The notes beneath the pieces are model-generated. The model had not been told where the DNA came from and searched no databases. It worked only from the letters and a program-made list of their open reading frames with translations. A stretch of 64,000 bases of DNA from Octopus vulgaris (lineage: Eukaryota), in the NCBI GenBank assembly GCA_951406725.2, contig OX597827.1, forward strand, positions 69,378,001-69,442,000, given 5' to 3'. Each line of letters starts with the position of its first letter. The first letter of the stretch is position 1. Of the stretch, positions 62,581 through 64,000 are shown piece after piece. The translations under genes and the position numbers were made by a program.

Positions 62581-64000
62581 ACACCTATATCCAAGTAGCA
62601 GAAAGATAAGACAGTAAGGTGTGATTTGAGGGAGATTTGGCTGCTATTTCTACCATGTCTAGCTGCCATGTAGGGGTCTCCCTCATAGGCTCATACATAC
62701 ATATATACATAGATAAGACAGTAAGGTGTGATTTGGGGGAAATTTGGCTGCTATTTCTACCAGGTCTAGCTGCCATGTAGGGGTCTCCCTCATAGGCTCA
62801 TACATACATATATACATAGATAAGACAGTAAGGTGTGATTTGGGGGAAATTTGGCTGCTATTTCTACCAGGTCTAGCTACCATGTAGAGGTCCCCCTCAT
62901 TGGCTCATATATATATACATACATAAGACAGTAAGGTGTGATTTGAGGGAGATTTGGCTGCTGTTTCTACCAGGTCTGTTAGGCCTTCTCATGTAAACTC
63001 AAGCTTTCTCGTGCCTTGAACTCGTTTTATTTTTGTAAGCATTGTACTTATTCTATCTGTTTCCTTTGTCAAACCACTAGGTGACAGGGATGTAAACAAA
63101 CCAACATTCGTTGTCAAGCAGTGGTGGAGGACAATCACAAGCACAGACACGCACACACACACACATACATGCATACACATATACACACATACATACATAC
63201 ATACATATATATATATGTGTGTATATATATATTGCAGCGTGGAAGGTGTTTGTAAGCCATTTAAGAAACACACAAAAACCGTTACATTCACTTCAACATT
63301 TAAATTTAATTTGCCAAAATATTTTCGTCGCTTTCAGACCGCGACCTGTTCACTGACAAAAATATCGTGCTAACAGGTCGCGGTCTCAAAGCGATGAAAA
63401 TATTTTGACAAATTAAATTTAAATGTTGAAGTGAATCTAACGGTTTTTGTGTGTTTCTTAAATGGCTTATAAACACCTTCAACGCTGCAACTGTTTTCGT
63501 TCCAGCACACGATCTCAGATCAAGTCACTTGCTATACAAGTACATCTCTGTAACTATATATATATTTATATATATATATATATGTATATTGTTAAAAACA
63601 GTAAGATAACAAAAGAAAGAAAGAGACCTCAATATCATGTAAATAGAGGAAATCTTTATATATAAAAGTGAGGTTGTGTGTCTGTCTCCTATGATTTAGA
63701 TTCCTAACTACTCCCACATTTTGCGGTGCAGTTTAACCAAAACCGGGTATCTTATAGTCGTGATTCATATCGAGACCGTCTGGGTATTAGCGCGCGTCTA
63801 CGATGAGTCTACGATTTAAAAAAAAATTTACCATCAATTTTTCCCATTTTTAATCCATTTTTGACATATATAAGGGAAGTAACTCTCTAAAATTTATTAT
63901 TAAATCTCAGAACGTAAAAAGCTACAGTAACACCCCTCCCCCTTTGTGGTTAGCCATATTGAGATGGCTATTATACTTTACATCTCTAAAAATGCTTATA

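Larger units (their letters stand above)
59838..64000. repeat. Large spacerless palindrome, axis 62065/62066
   Basis: Centre ...tataataagagat|atctcttattata...; the window end is the reverse complement of the sequence starting at 59838. Confidence 0.95.

Overview
AT-rich, repeat-saturated eukaryotic DNA. The tRNA-derived SINE families and (TA)n/(ATT)n microsatellites suggest an octopus (coleoid cephalopod) genome; this is an inference. Two + strand genes can be reconstructed. The first is a ~2850-aa zinc-finger protein (coding exons 11173-11598 and 15407-23533, phase-0 junction), built from about 16 dispersed C2H2+C2HC finger pairs. The second is the 5' part of a signal-peptide, sequon-rich three-finger (Ly6/uPAR/ET-module-like) protein (exons 36075-36193, 56895-57132, 59050-59185; phases match). 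The rest is SINEs, LINE 3' fragments (CR1, RTE, R4/Dong-like), MITEs, Helitron/Helentron derivatives and mariner, piggyBac and hAT relics. Most notable are about a dozen hammerhead-ribozyme motifs from several unrelated Penelope-like repeat families. Two have complete canonical cores (34717-34780 +, 37191-37240 -) and one family has a compensatory G3-C8 core swap. A spacerless palindrome of at least 4.1 kb (59838 to the window end) has its axis exactly on a Helitron-like 5' terminus. All alignments and folds were done by eye.
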